Below the pieces are notes generated by a model, which was given only the letters and a program-made list of their open reading frames with translations, made no database searches and had not been told where the DNA came from. This document shows, one piece after another, positions 40,366 through 53,280 of a DNA stretch of 64,000 bases. The stretch is from Octopus sinensis (lineage: Eukaryota): NCBI RefSeq assembly GCF_006345805.1, contig NC_042998.1, positions 96,162,001 through 96,226,000 of the forward strand. The letters are read 5' to 3'. The position numbers were made by a program, and so were the translations under genes. Numbering within the stretch: the first letter of the stretch is position 1; each line of letters starts with the position of its first letter.

Positions 40366-41096
40366 CAGTTTCAAAACATTCAATTAAGGTAATTGCTTTG
40401 AAGAACTTATGGTAAAGTAAACTTATGTTAAAGTGAAGGTGAAAGTAATATTTTTGTTGGAACATAAAACTGTCTATATCGGCAAGCAATGAATATTATT
40501 TAAAATAAAAAAAGGGGGAACCTGGATTTTTCGTTAGCGAAAAATGATTGTCATTATTACGTGAAACAAAGCTATTACCGACATCACTCCAAATATATTT
40601 CTATATTTCCCGGAAGAAGAAAGGTAAAATGTCTGTCATCGAAGCAAAGGTAGATTGTATTTCAGAATTATATTTCCAGCAAGGATGATGGATTGGGAGA
40701 ATTATCAGCCATGTTTAGTTGCAGACTTTCACGTTATTGATTCGAATCCTGCCGAGACTGGCTTCTATCGTAATTCTTCTGTGGGTCAATACTATAAATA
40801 TTTCTCAGGTACAAAGGTCATTAGAATCAACAGTGTTTTCCTCTCAAATTTCTGGTCTTGTTCGTCTGTAATAAATCAATGTTATATTTCAGCTGAGGGC
40901 CGTGGATTATTTAGAGCATTGGACAAAATGCTTTGCCATGTTTAGCTATGACCCTTTACATCTTGATTTCAAATCCCGCTGATGTTAATTTTACCTTTGT
41001 TCGATTAAATAGTCAAGTAGTAGGGCTGAGAAAATAGTTAAGTACTGATGTTGATTAGATAATCAAGTACTGGGGTTGGTAAAACAGTAAAGAACT

Positions 41097-41393
41097 TGTT
41101 TGTTCCTTCTCGAGTCACGCCTGGCTCATAAGGGCCGGTTTCCCGGTTTCCTTGACGTATAGGTTCACCACCTGGACGGGACGTCGGTCCGTCGCAGGTG
41201 AGCTACAAGAGGAAAGAGTGAGTGAAAGTTGTGGCGAAAGAGTCAGCAGAAGTTCGCCATTATCTTCTGCCGGACCCGCGTGGAGCTTAGGTGTTTTCGC
41301 TCATAAACACACACATCGCCCGGTCTGAGATTCGAACCCGTGATCCCTCGACCGCGAGTCCGCTGCTCTAACCACTAGGCCATGTGCCTCCAC
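41097..41393 (-). mobile_element. tRNA-derived SINE, family D, with perfect 12-bp TSD
   Basis: CAGTAAAGAACT at 41085-41096 and 41394-41405. Confidence 0.92.
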
Positions 41394-41578
41394 CAGTAAA
41401 GAACTAAGGTGAATAAAATAGCAAAGTACTAAGGATTGATTTAATGGACTGTACGCTTCTTCGGACTTGGTGACCTTCTGCCAATGTTAGATATCACGAA
41501 CGTAATATGTTAGTTACGCACAGTGGATTAGTGAAATTGTTAGAACGTCGGACAATCTTATATTTTAGCGAACCATGT

Positions 41579-41790
41579 AAGGCGGCGAGATGGCAGATTC
41601 ATTAGTACACCGGACAAAGTACTTCACAGTATTTATTCCGGCTTTACGTTCTGAGTTCAAATTCCAGCGAGAGCGACTTCCATTCTCTCGAGATCAATAA
41701 AATGAGAACCAGTTAAGCACTGAGGTTGATGTAATCGACTAACCCATTCTCCAAAATTTCAGACTTTGTACTCATAATAGATATGATATT
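41579..41790 (+). mobile_element. Decayed SINE family A
   Basis: GGCGGCGAGATGGCAG head and TTCTGAGTTCAAATTCC core. Confidence 0.8.
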
Positions 41791-42404
41791 ATAGCAAAAC
41801 ATTTTGATTTAATATTCGAATACATTTGATTGCGTCTATTGTATAAATTGTCAGATAGATTCTTGGTGACCGCTGAAGAACGCGATATAAACTTTTGACG
41901 AGCAAAGTTTTCGGTTTCATGCATGTCACTAATAGCTTTGAGAGAAAAACATGATCATCTCAAAATTTACCCTGATTAACTTTCTGGTCTAGTGCCCTCA
42001 ATGAACACCTTTAAACGCTTCACATACTTCTCTTCCAGGCGCAATATTTCTCTGTCGAACTTCCAGTTAACCATAGTTCCTTTTATTCTAACATATTCTT
42101 TTCTCGAACTACTGCTCTCTGGAATTTACAACCATCGGCTTGTTTTCCCTTGGACTGATATTCAGTTTGTTAAGCATTGTGTCAATCGACATGTTTTGAA
42201 ATTGTAGGCCTCGTTTTTTTTTTCTTTTGTGCAGTCCCTTACGCTACAGTGGTCCCAAGCCTTGTTTGAGACAAAATCGAATTTTTTAAAAAATGGATAT
42301 TTTTTTCATTTTTTTTTTTTTTTTAGCTAGCTTAATCAGTTGTAGGTAAATAAAAAAGTTGTCTCCCGTCTTTACCGAAATTTTGAAATAGTATTTGCCA
42401 TTAA

Positions 42405-42652
42405 CTCATTTACTTGTTTCGGTCATTTGACTGTGGCCATGCTGGAGCACCGCCTTTAGTCGAGCAAATCGACCCCAGGACTTATTCTTTGGATGCCTAG
42501 CACTTATTCTATCGGTCTCTTTTGCCGAACCGCTAAGTTACGGTGACGTAAACACACCACCATCTGTTGTCAAGCGATGTTGGGGGAAAACACAGACACA
42601 CAAACATATACACAAAAACATACATACATACATACATACATACACACACACA

Positions 42653-42689
<37 letters not shown>

Positions 42690-42850
42690 GACGGGTTTCT
42701 TTCAGTTTCCGTCTACCGAATCCACTGACAAGGCTTTGGTCGACCCGAGGCTATAGTAGAAGACACTTACCCAAGGTGCCACACAGTGGGACTGAACCCG
42801 GAACCATGTGGTTGGTAAGCAACCTACTTACCACACAGCCACTCCTACAC
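42405..42850 (-). mobile_element. tRNA-derived SINE, family B, full length
   Basis: Reverse-complement homologue of 25447-25886. Partial family B copies also lie near 28647-28730, 44175-44360, 61480-61640 and 62030-62170. Confidence 0.9.
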
Positions 42851-44829
42851 CTATAACTATTTAATTATTTTTAATTATACGCTGTTTAAACATTTTCAAT
42901 TAGCTTTTAATACTGTTTTAAGTAGGTTAACACGTTATCTATTATTTATTAAAAACGGATGGATTCTCTGAATAAGTACCCCTATTTATTTATTTCAAAT
43001 ATGGTGCGTTTCACACTTCGTGTACAAAATATTATCCATCTAATAAGTTCTTCACTCATCACCATATAACAGTTTTCCTCAATGTTTAGTTATTTGTAAA
43101 TGAGTTTTTCATTTCTTATTCTTACACCCACTGCATTAAATGATGTTAATACTAACTTCATTAATAAAAGAAAAAAAATTAAAGCTAAATTCAATATAGG
43201 TCAACAGGTTTTAAAATACCAGACGACAGAAGGTAGATTGTTACACTTGCTGATTGTCATGTGTCACATTGGAGAAGCAAGAATTAAATCTTGGCATGCA
43301 ATGGAATTGTTGAATGTAGCCAAAGTAGAAACTTAGAAGTGGCTTATTTCTTAGGATTAATGGTGTTGATATTAGCTTGTATAATTTGTATGCATTCCTA
43401 AAATTACTTTAGTAATAAATTTAATCTCGCGGGAGAGCTTAGAGTGAATAAAAATTAAAAAGAAAATAAAAGAAATGAGAAGAAATTAAAATTCCGCAAA
43501 AGGAAGAGGGGAGGAAGGAAGACGTTACAGACATTTTTATGGATGAGGATAATATTTCTGTTGTGACTGTACTATATTCTCTGCTTTATTTCTGTCTTGA
43601 GTTTTGCACCGAAGTTGATCATGGGAGCGTACAATTTTCACAGTAGCATTGTTAAGAATATATTTACGGAATTGATATAACTCAGGCCGAATTTCCTGAC
43701 CTAATTTCCTTAGAAGGAGTTTTATATATATATATATATATATATACGAAATACGTCATCACATGAGACTAATATATGGAATTTTTCATAACTATGGAGG
43801 GAAAAGGAAAGAAAACAGTTGAAATGAAATGGATATATAGATAAGTAAATAATTAAATAATCAAATAAATAATTTCAGACATATATGGTATTCATTTATT
43901 ATTAATATCAAATCTTAATTGAAAAATAATTAGACTTCTGAAACGAAGCCAAATTTAGGCTATGTCTTAGGCTATGTCTGGGATGTATGTATGTATATAT
44001 TTATGTATGTATGTATATATGCATGTATGCATGCATGTGGATATCCTTGTTGATTATTTTGATTATAATCACCTTATTTTAAATTGTATGGATAATACCA
44101 TACTAAATTCTGGTGTCTTCAAATTAAGTACCATATTCATCTGAATCTAAATTTTTACTGAACTTATATATATATATATATATCTTTTATCTTTCAGTTG
44201 TTTCACTCATGCGACTGCGACCATGCTGGAGCATCGATTTGAAGAAGTTTTTTTATAAAATGAACCAATCGCCGTACTTATGTTTTCTTTAAGCCGTTTA
44301 CTCATACTATCTGTCCCTGCTAATTTACAGAGGAATAAACACATACACATCAGTTTTCAAGCGGTGGTAGAAAACAAACACACGCATGCACGCGCGCATA
44401 CACACACACACACACGCGCGCACGCACAAACACACACACACACATGTATATATACTCTCCATTTTTTCTCTTTCTCTTTTTTTCAGAAAGTTCATCTTAT
44501 CTAATTACTAATATGTTTCAACATTACTGAATTTTCAATCATGTTTGTTATGAACTTCATCGAACATTTAACCTTATATTACTGTCTATCTCTGTTAAAC
44601 TCATTTGGATTTTCTATGAACATTTGATCGTTTAAACGTTTTTCGAATTTTTCCTTGTGCTTTTAAACTCCCCTAAACCCTTTATCATATTTTTTTAAAC
44701 ATATTTTTACCATTGATAAACAAAAGATTGTCGAAACCGGTTTGGTATTTGAATAAATCTTACAAAATTCAAATACGACGATACGTTTTGAGATTTAGGT
44801 GCATTTTCAAACTCCAAAACAAAGTCTCC

Positions 44830-44857
<28 letters not shown>

Positions 44858-44861
<4 letters not shown>

Positions 44862-45180
44862 GGGGGACCCCCTTCGGTCACGACACTGACCATGGGATTG
44901 CAACTAGAAAGTTGCCCTCCTAGTCACAAGTCTGAGCAAGGTGGTTTATGGAAGACCAGCAGTCGCCCATGCATACCGGCCTCCCCTCTCCACACCATCA
45001 GTGTTATCCAAGGGAAAGGCAAAGGCCGATACAGCTTGGCACCTGTGACGTCGCAACTCATTTCTACAGCTGAGCGAACTGGAGCAACGTGAAATAAAGT
45101 ATCTTGCTCAAGAACACAACACGCAGCCCGGTCCGTGATTCGAGCTCACAACCTCACGATCGTAAGCTCGACGCTCTCAC
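44858..45180 (-). mobile_element. tRNA-derived SINE, family C
   Basis: tRNA-like head followed by GTTGTGTTCTTGAGCAAGATACTTTATTTCACGTTGCTCCAGTT, shared with 46130-46200, and a distinct 3' tail. Confidence 0.75.
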
Positions 45181-45181
45181 C

Positions 45182-45213
<32 letters not shown>

Positions 45214-45944
45214 ATATATATATTGTGTGTGTGTGTGTATGTGTGTTTGAGTCGTCTAAGAGACCATAAGTCAGGGAGAAAATGCACTTATATAGCTGTT
45301 AGTAGAGTGGGAATATTATCCGAATTGTATAGTATTAAGTATCCATCACGGCTAGTCTTACCAATCGATTTCATGCAAAAATTACCATGGAGTGTTAGAC
45401 ATCAAACCAATTATATAAATACGCTCATCAGAGGTAGACGACATGGAATATGAATATGGGGGATTAGCACGACCGGTTGGCGTCTGCTGTAAAAATGTGG
45501 TGAGATAAAAAAGGTTCAGGGGATTTTGCTAGGAGTTATATCTCTTGGTTAGGTATGATGTGGAACCGGCAAGAGTCGACATTGGAGTGGGAAAGTTTGT
45601 ATTAATAATGTGGTTACTCTGCGGGGATGGGGTGTGTGGTGTGTGTAGCGGTGTTATATGTATAAATTTTCTGGTGGTATCATATATATAAACTTTTCTG
45701 GGGGTATAGATATACCTAACGCTATGTTCTTTATTCTGTTTTCTTTTTGTAAAGGGTAAAGTTGTGGGGATTTTATATATATTAGTGTGCGATGTGTAAG
45801 GTATAATGTGTAATGTATAATCTACTTGTGTGGGGTTTGTTTATATGTGGGAGCATAATTTGCGTGAGAGGGTATGAGAGACGCAATGCCACAACCCTAG
45901 CCATAACCGAAGGGACACGTTAGATTATGTTGACTGGCAGCCCA

Positions 45945-46255
45945 CCGGTTATTACAGCGAGGGTTCCAGTTGATCTAATTAATGAAACTCGTGAAATTAG
46001 TGTGTAAGCGGTTGAGTACGTCACAGACATGCGTACCATTAACATAATTCTAAGGGAGATTCAATTTGACAAAGAATATGTCAAGGATGGTCCTTTTGAA
46101 TTACAGGTACAATTCTTTTTTTTTTTTTTTGCCAGTTGAGTGGACTGGAACAACATGAAATAAATTGTCTCACTCAAGGAAACAATCCGCCACCGAGAAT
46201 TGAACCACAGCCTTACGATTGTTAGCCGAATGCCATGATGACTAATCCATGGGTA
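45945..46255 (-). mobile_element. Decayed tRNA-derived SINE (head shared with family C, tail shared with 32587)
   Basis: Within-window homology to both elements. Confidence 0.75.
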
Positions 46256-46548
46256 TCTCACTAGTCCATACCTATATATGTAGTTCCATTTGTGGGTTAT
46301 GTAGTCCTAGATAAATTATTCTCGAAGACAAACGTTATGGTTACACCTGGAATATATTGGATTATAGTTTTTTTTTTCTAATTAGTATTACCTTGGACTA
46401 AAAAGAACAACGAACTAACATGTACAGTCGAACCAACGAGGAATTCAGAGAAGCGATTGAGTGTATCACCAACATCGAGCGAATAAATTCTGCTGCCTTA
46501 TTTTGTACTATTTTATCTCCTGTTCGTGCACCAACACACACGCGCGTG

Positions 46549-46626
<78 letters not shown>

Positions 46627-46775
46627 TCAGTTGAATAAAGTACTTAAAGCTAAGGCACAGGGTTAGGTCAGAACGAAATTACCTTAATTGTAAAATCCAT
46701 GCATTCTTCTGAAGAAAACGTTTTTTAATAATGAGCATTTTGTACCCATTGATCAATTAAAAATTTCGATAGATA

Positions 46776-46990
46776 CGGTTGTATCGTGGGCGTTACGTCC
46801 TAAAACCCACCGCGATAGGCGAAAATCCGCGAAGTAGAAACAGTACTTTATTGTATATTATTTTTATTATCTTTGTAATTTGTAGATATTTATTTTATTA
46901 TATTTTCAAAACAACACAACGGAAGAATCCACGTAAGCTTAAATAATAAACCGCGATAAGTGAACCGCGATATTGCGAAGGATTGCTGTG
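46776..46990. mobile_element. pogo/Tigger-type MITE remnant
   Basis: Right end reverse complement TACACAGCAATCCTTCGCAATATCGCGGTTCACTTATCGCGG resembles a pogo-type TIR. Left end degenerate. Repeated CCGCGATA motifs. Confidence 0.5.
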
Positions 46991-47138
46991 TATATGTATA
47001 TATATATATACACGCACACATACAAATATATATATGCATTTGGGTGATTCTTTGATGAGGGGTGGGGCCTTTTTGATTATTCTGTTTATGGAAATCCTCT
47101 CGAATATTTGCATTTATGCTCAATCGCCTAAGAATAGG

Positions 47139-47550
47139 CGCTGGCATGGCAGAATAGCAAGAAGTTTGCTTTCTAGTCACATGTTTTGGGGGTTCAGTCC
47201 CACTGAGTAACCCCTTAGGCAAGTGGTTTCTGCTATAGCCTCATGCCGACCAAAACCTTGTAAGTGGAGTTGGTAGACGGAAACTGATAACTCGTAGTCG
47301 TCGTGTGTGTGTGTGTGTGTGTATGTGTGTGTGTGGTGTGTGTGTGTGGTGTGTGTGTGTGTGTGTGTGTGTGTTTGCCCCATCACCACCACCACCACCG
47401 CTTGACTACTGGTGCTGGTGTGTTTACGTCCCTGTAACATAGCGGTTCGGCAAAAGAAAAAAATGGGGTCGATTCATTCGACTAAAAATTTTTCAAGGTG
47501 GTGCCCCAGGCTAGCCACGGTGTAATGACTAAAACATGTAAAAGATAAAA
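47139..47550 (+). mobile_element. Decayed SINE family B
   Basis: Head, internal GT tract and GGTGGTGCCCCAGG tail homologous to 25447. Confidence 0.85.
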
Positions 47551-47599
47551 GTTATCTGATAATGTGCTAATTTGCTAATTAAATTTTTGGCAAAATACA

Positions 47600-50500
47600 T
47601 CTTTACACCTGTCATGAAACTTTATTATTTTTTTTTTTTTCTCAATAAAAGTCGCTATGAATTTCAGGTTATCCTATGTGATAATGGTTTGACAATATAT
47701 TTTAAAGTAGAATTTTTGCAGAACTTCAATAAACAAATGTCTCTTAAATAAGATCACTTAGTATGGGAATTACAACATCGACCATATATTTTTTAATCAA
47801 AAATATGCATTAATATTATTATTTGATTAGACTTTCATAATTTTCCTCTTATCCTGTAAACTTTACACACCTCATCTAACATTAAACTCATATTTCTTTC
47901 TACCATCAAAATATTAATAAAAATCTTGTTAATTCTGTTATCAAATAACAGGGTTAAAATCAGCATGGCAGGGTTGAAAACGATAACAGGGCTGCTGAGA
48001 CAATCTTTATTTTAATATGGAATGGAATTAATTACCAGAGAAAATGATGATATAACCGTCGATAAAATAGGAACTGAATTTTATTAAAGTTGACGGGGGC
48101 AAGAATCAGATCTTTTAACCGCCAAGAAACAAAAATAGCCATGAAAGAAACAAAATATTTAATGTAATATTAAATCAAAAACATCAAGCTTCAGTTTATC
48201 ACAGACATCAATGAAATAAATTTGTTCGTGTATGGTCAATAGTAAAGATAGAAAAAAAGAAAAGAAAGTCACGTATAAAATGCACCAAATGGGTTTCTGT
48301 AATGGGATCTCATTTTTGGTGGGATCTCATTTTGGATAAATCTCATAGTCAGTACATAACATTGAACTATAAAAACTGTGACTAAAATTCTGTTTCATAC
48401 ATCATTTATTCAGGAAACTTGATCTACACTTCTTTCTGAATTTCCATTTGTTGTAATGTCCACAAGCTGAAGCAGTGGGATGATTAAACTAAAACAACCT
48501 GTTTGTTCCGGTACGCTGCATGCATTCAATATGAACGTGAATTTCATTCACAAAACAGATTATTCCTAGATACAAATCTTTACCACATGTGGGCTTACAC
48601 TACTGTTCCAGCTTGTGACATAGTTAGAGCATGTGCCGTCCAGAATATCCCTTGACGTTGCCGCTCCTCTCCCGGTACCCTTAAGTTTTACAGGCTTATA
48701 CAGCAAAGCCAAAATTGCTACCTCTATAAAAGAGCCACCCAGAGTAAACTGCCTCTCGCCCCTCACCTCCGGCATTCACCAATGTTCCAGCATTTGTAGA
48801 TCTTTCCACCAGATTTCTGTCCTTCTCTGTGACACATGTGACATCTTCTTGGAAAAGCTGAAGTGCTTTATATTGCAATACTTATAGCATAACTACTTTT
48901 AGGTCAAGCCGATACAGCACAATTTAAAAGAAATGTTATTTCTCCTAAAGTCCCAAAGCTCGGGCTTTTCTTCTAGATTCCTGGAAGTTATATGAGAAGG
49001 CTGTCTTCTGTTTTCTTCTTTTGTTTCTTGTTTCATTTTATCTTCCACTATCTCCCGTTCTTTTTCAGGTTTACATTTGATTCGCATCCTCGTAAGTGGG
49101 TGGGGCAGAGGTGTTAGGAGAGGAGACTTTTTCATCGACTGTCTCAGTGACTATCAACTCCAGACTGACAAAAGGTTTTCTCGAGGAAAAAATATATCAA
49201 TTTTCACCTTGCGCATTTTTCAAGCAAAAGGTTTTTTTTTTTCAAATCCAATTTTTCCACTGATACGTTTTTGATTCATAATGATAATTTCAATACTGGA
49301 AGTAGCTTGGACAAATAACTCCTTGCATTGACAGTATTTGCTAAGGTGGATTAATAATACCGAAACATATCTAAACTTCTGACCTTACTTACAAAGGATT
49401 AAACTCTTTCCAAACTGTAAGTCCCATTCAATTTCAAAATTTTAATTGCGCAGTTATCTCATTTTTTTTCCTTCGTATGAATTACTATTAATGCTAATGG
49501 CTTTTCCTTTTATTGCAATTTTAAATTGTAAAGGCGTGTCTTTTTTTCTAATTTACTCACTTAAATACGTTAGCTTACTCATAGTGTCAATGTTGAAGCT
49601 GATTACTTTAAAAGACTTGACGATGTTTTGTAATAGACACGGCAAAAAATGGCCTGGCAGCAAAAGGTATTCTCTTGAATCGAAAAGTAATGATTACTGG
49701 AATCCACCCGCTTCTAGGTCTTTTCATACACTTTTTGCAAACGGTTTCTATTTTTGCAATTGGCTGGCACCAGATTTCCTGGAAGCAACACTCCGTCTGG
49801 CAGTATTTGATTAATCAATTTATTCATTCATTCATTTAAATTATATTGTAATTGGCAAATAATTACAATATAACTCACCTAGTCTTAATTAGTAAATAAT
49901 TAAGAATTGGTATAAATAAATAAACCACGAACATTTACTTATTTGTTGTAGCTTTCCTACACACCTGTCCATCTCTGACCTCCTTACTTACCTACATGTC
50001 TACATATATTTCTACGAACCTACACTCATAAAACATACATATATGTGTGAGTATATGTGTGAGTATTATAGCTAGATATGTTCGTCTTGCGACTAGTCAT
50101 AGTAATTAGAGGACTAACAGAAATGGCCATTGTTTATGAGTGCTTGTAAGACAGGGGTAGGTTTGTAGGTTAGTTTTTGTTTCGGGAAAATTCATATCAA
50201 TAAGATGAAAAATTATATTTTAATAATATTTTGAAAAAATAACAGTTAAAACAAAGGTTTGAAACATCGACATGGTTTAGATTTTGTAAACAGACAAGAT
50301 AAAATAGGTTATCAGTGGCGATTAAGAAATAGTGTAGTAGCAAGAAGGATTGTTCTCTGTTATATAAAGTCGGTTAACATTTTTACTAACATTTGGAAGA
50401 AGAGACAATACTCCAGTTAAGGTTTTCGATGATGTTTTATAATCTTAAATTTCCAGTGAAGTTCAGAAGAATTCTGATTAGAAAACATGTAAGAAAATGT

Positions 50501-51060
50501 ATTATATATGTATATGAACATACTCACAGTACCGGCAATATAGAAAAATAGTGATATTATACAATGGTTTGCTATTCAAAATCTTGAAGTTAATATTTTC
50601 AGTCAAACGGACAATTATTTAGATTAATGCATTTTCAACATAGTATTAACATTGGATGCGGGAAGTTCAGATTAAATTGTTTAGAAATGGCTAAATTTAC
50701 ATGAATTTTTGGTGTACCAAATATATTTTGATATACAGCTTTGTTACGTAGTTTACAGTATTTATCTCTTTGAGCGAAATGGGGTTTTTTAACAGCTTAA
50801 AGAATATTATTGCTAAAGATGTAGGTACAGATAAATTATACAGAGGATTATACCTTATTCTAGGAAGATTTTGCCTGCTTCTTTTAGGCTGTTTTCTGTT
50901 TTTTATCTTAGATATCCCCAATGAAATATTAGATATCCTCAATGAAATATTTGAAACTAAACTGTTCGTTTTGATCTTAGGTTGGCTAGAATGATTGTGT
51001 ATGCAGTTTCTATTTTGTATTACGTTTCTGTATGGAAAATATAGTGAATTATTACGGTTC
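47600..51060 (-). mobile_element. Possible very old L1/Tx1-like LINE remnants
   Basis: Scattered motifs only: RRCHMCHREGQKS..KCWNIGEC (gag knuckle-like, about 48765-48849), KVISFNIDT and DICLL (APE-like). Their order is not cleanly collinear. Confidence 0.3.
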
Positions 51061-51680
51061 AAAGTACATCTAGAAAAATTACACCACTAAGGGTAGCGCC
51101 TAGAGTAATGTGTGATTCTGTGTCTTTAAGAAAATCCATGTAAACTCTTTCAAAAACCTTTCAGTTTGTGGAGTGATGGGATTACTATATGACACGAGTT
51201 GATTTTCCTAATAGAGACCTTTGTCGGTATGAAGATATATGAATAATAATTCACTTTAGTGATATATAGCAATTATATTTTTGACTTCTACAAAATCTTT
51301 AACCTTCAAGCTAACTTCTAATTATTCTTATGAGGATATTGATATTTTAATTCATGATATTAAAATCTAAACTTTCTTCCTGAAATATTTAATTTGATTC
51401 CAGTTCTAATTCGCCTAAACTCTAAAATTTATGTTTCGGAAAATCTCTACAATATAACTCCATCCCCAGTTATATTTTCAGGCTAAAAAGATTAACCTAC
51501 ACTCGCCACCACGTTGACTATTTGTATACATTACCGCTATTATTCTAACCAGTTGCAAGACGTAACTTGAACATGTTTCAACGAATAAAGATGTCGTATT
51601 TCTCTATCCTATGTCTTAGTGTGACTCCGAGTTCTTAAATTAACACGAATAAAGACGAAATAATTCTTTCTTTTAGCAAG

Positions 51681-51739
<59 letters not shown>

Positions 51740-51907
51740 GTACACACACATACATGCAGGCCTGCATGCATACATATATATGTACGCGTGTGTGTGTGTA
51801 TCTGGTTTGCAAGATTCTTTATGTGAATTCGTGTGTTCAAATAAATTTTGTTGTCCGGGAAGAGTCATACTGCCTTAATATCTAAAATACTCATCGGTTC
51901 AGTTTCC

Positions 51908-52466
51908 TATTACTTTATTGCCCGCAAGAGGCTAAACATAAAGGGGACAAACAAGGACAGACAAAGGGATTAAGTCGATAAGATCAACCCCAGTGCATAA
52001 CTGGTACTTAATTTATCGACCCCGAAAGGATGAAAAGCGAAGTCGACCTCGGCGGAATTTGAACTCAGAATGTAACGGAAGACGAAATACCTATTTCTTT
52101 ACTACCCACAAGGGGCTAAACATAGAGAGGAGAAACAATGACAGAATAATGGATTAAGTCGATTATATCGACGAAAGGCAAAGTCGACCTCGTCGGAACT
52201 TGAACTCAGAACGTAGCGGCAGACGAAATACCTATTTCTTTATTACCCACAAGGGGCTAAAGACAGAGGGGACAAACAAGGACAGACATAGGTATTAAGT
52301 CGATTACATCGACTCCAGTGCGTAACTGGTACTTAATTTATCGACCCCGAAAGGATGAAAGGCAAAGTCGACCTCGGCGGAACTTGAACTCAGAACGTAG
52401 CGGCAGACGAAATACCGCTAAACATTTCGCCAGGCGTGCTAACGATTCTGCCAGCTCGCCGCCCTC
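51908..52466 (-). mobile_element. SINE family A trimer (one head + three bodies) with 19-bp TSD
   Basis: ACTCATCGGTTCAGTTTCC at 51889-51907 and 52467-52485. Bodies joined at AAAGAAATAG|GTATTTCGTC. Confidence 0.92.
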
Positions 52467-53190
52467 ACTCATCGGTTCAGTTTCCATTCGTTTATTATCT
52501 GTTTTTTCTTGCCTCTTCCAAAAATTTTTGTTCCTTTTGCAAACCTGTGAATGGATGTCTTCTCTGGCCGTCATCGAAGCTGTGTTCCTATTGTTTCTAT
52601 GAGAGTGTGTGTGTGTGTATGTATGCGCGCCAGCGTGTGGGTGTGCTTGTGTATGCACATATGAACGTATATATCTATGTGTGTGTAAGTGTGTATATGC
52701 ATGTATGCATGCGTATATGTACGTATATATGTGTGTATTCTGCATATTCATGCATTTGTGTGTGTGTGTGTACCGCTGTTTCCTTGCATGCGCGTGTTTG
52801 AGTGTGTCTATGTTTATGAGTTTGTGTGATTACGTATGTGCGTCTGTTATGTATGGATGTCTCCATATGTGTCTTTGTGTATATGCGCGCGTGTTGATTG
52901 TGTGTGTATATATGGTCATGTGCTTCCGTCTCCTTTTGTGTGTGTGTGTGCACGTGTGTGCATGCTTGTCTGTCTGTATTTTCTATGTACCTATCTACCT
53001 ATTCGCCTATGCATCTATCAGTTTACCTGCACATCTATTTACTTACCCATATATTTACCTATGTAACTGCCTATTAGCAAATGTACCTATGAATGTACAT
53101 TCTGTAGGTATATACATATATATATCCATATACATGTGTATATACATATATACATATACATATAGACACACACACATATATATATATATG

Positions 53191-53280
<90 letters not shown>

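Noticed and set aside
39845-40387. Poly-Asp ORF resembling acidic biomineralisation proteins (Aspein-like)
   Set aside because: Starts at GTG, the apparent signal peptide comes from a poly-T run, the body is a GAT/GAC microsatellite open in several frames, and there is no splice or UTR support.
50905-50951. 21-bp tandem duplication TAGATATCC(C/T)CAATGAAATAT
   Set aside because: Ordinary local slippage in decayed sequence; the similar 9-10-bp triplication at about 5938-5968 in the RTE was rejected likewise.
51908-52466. Repeat-spacer or CRISPR-like array
   Set aside because: The units are about 120-200-bp SINE bodies with no unique spacers, in a eukaryotic context without cas genes.
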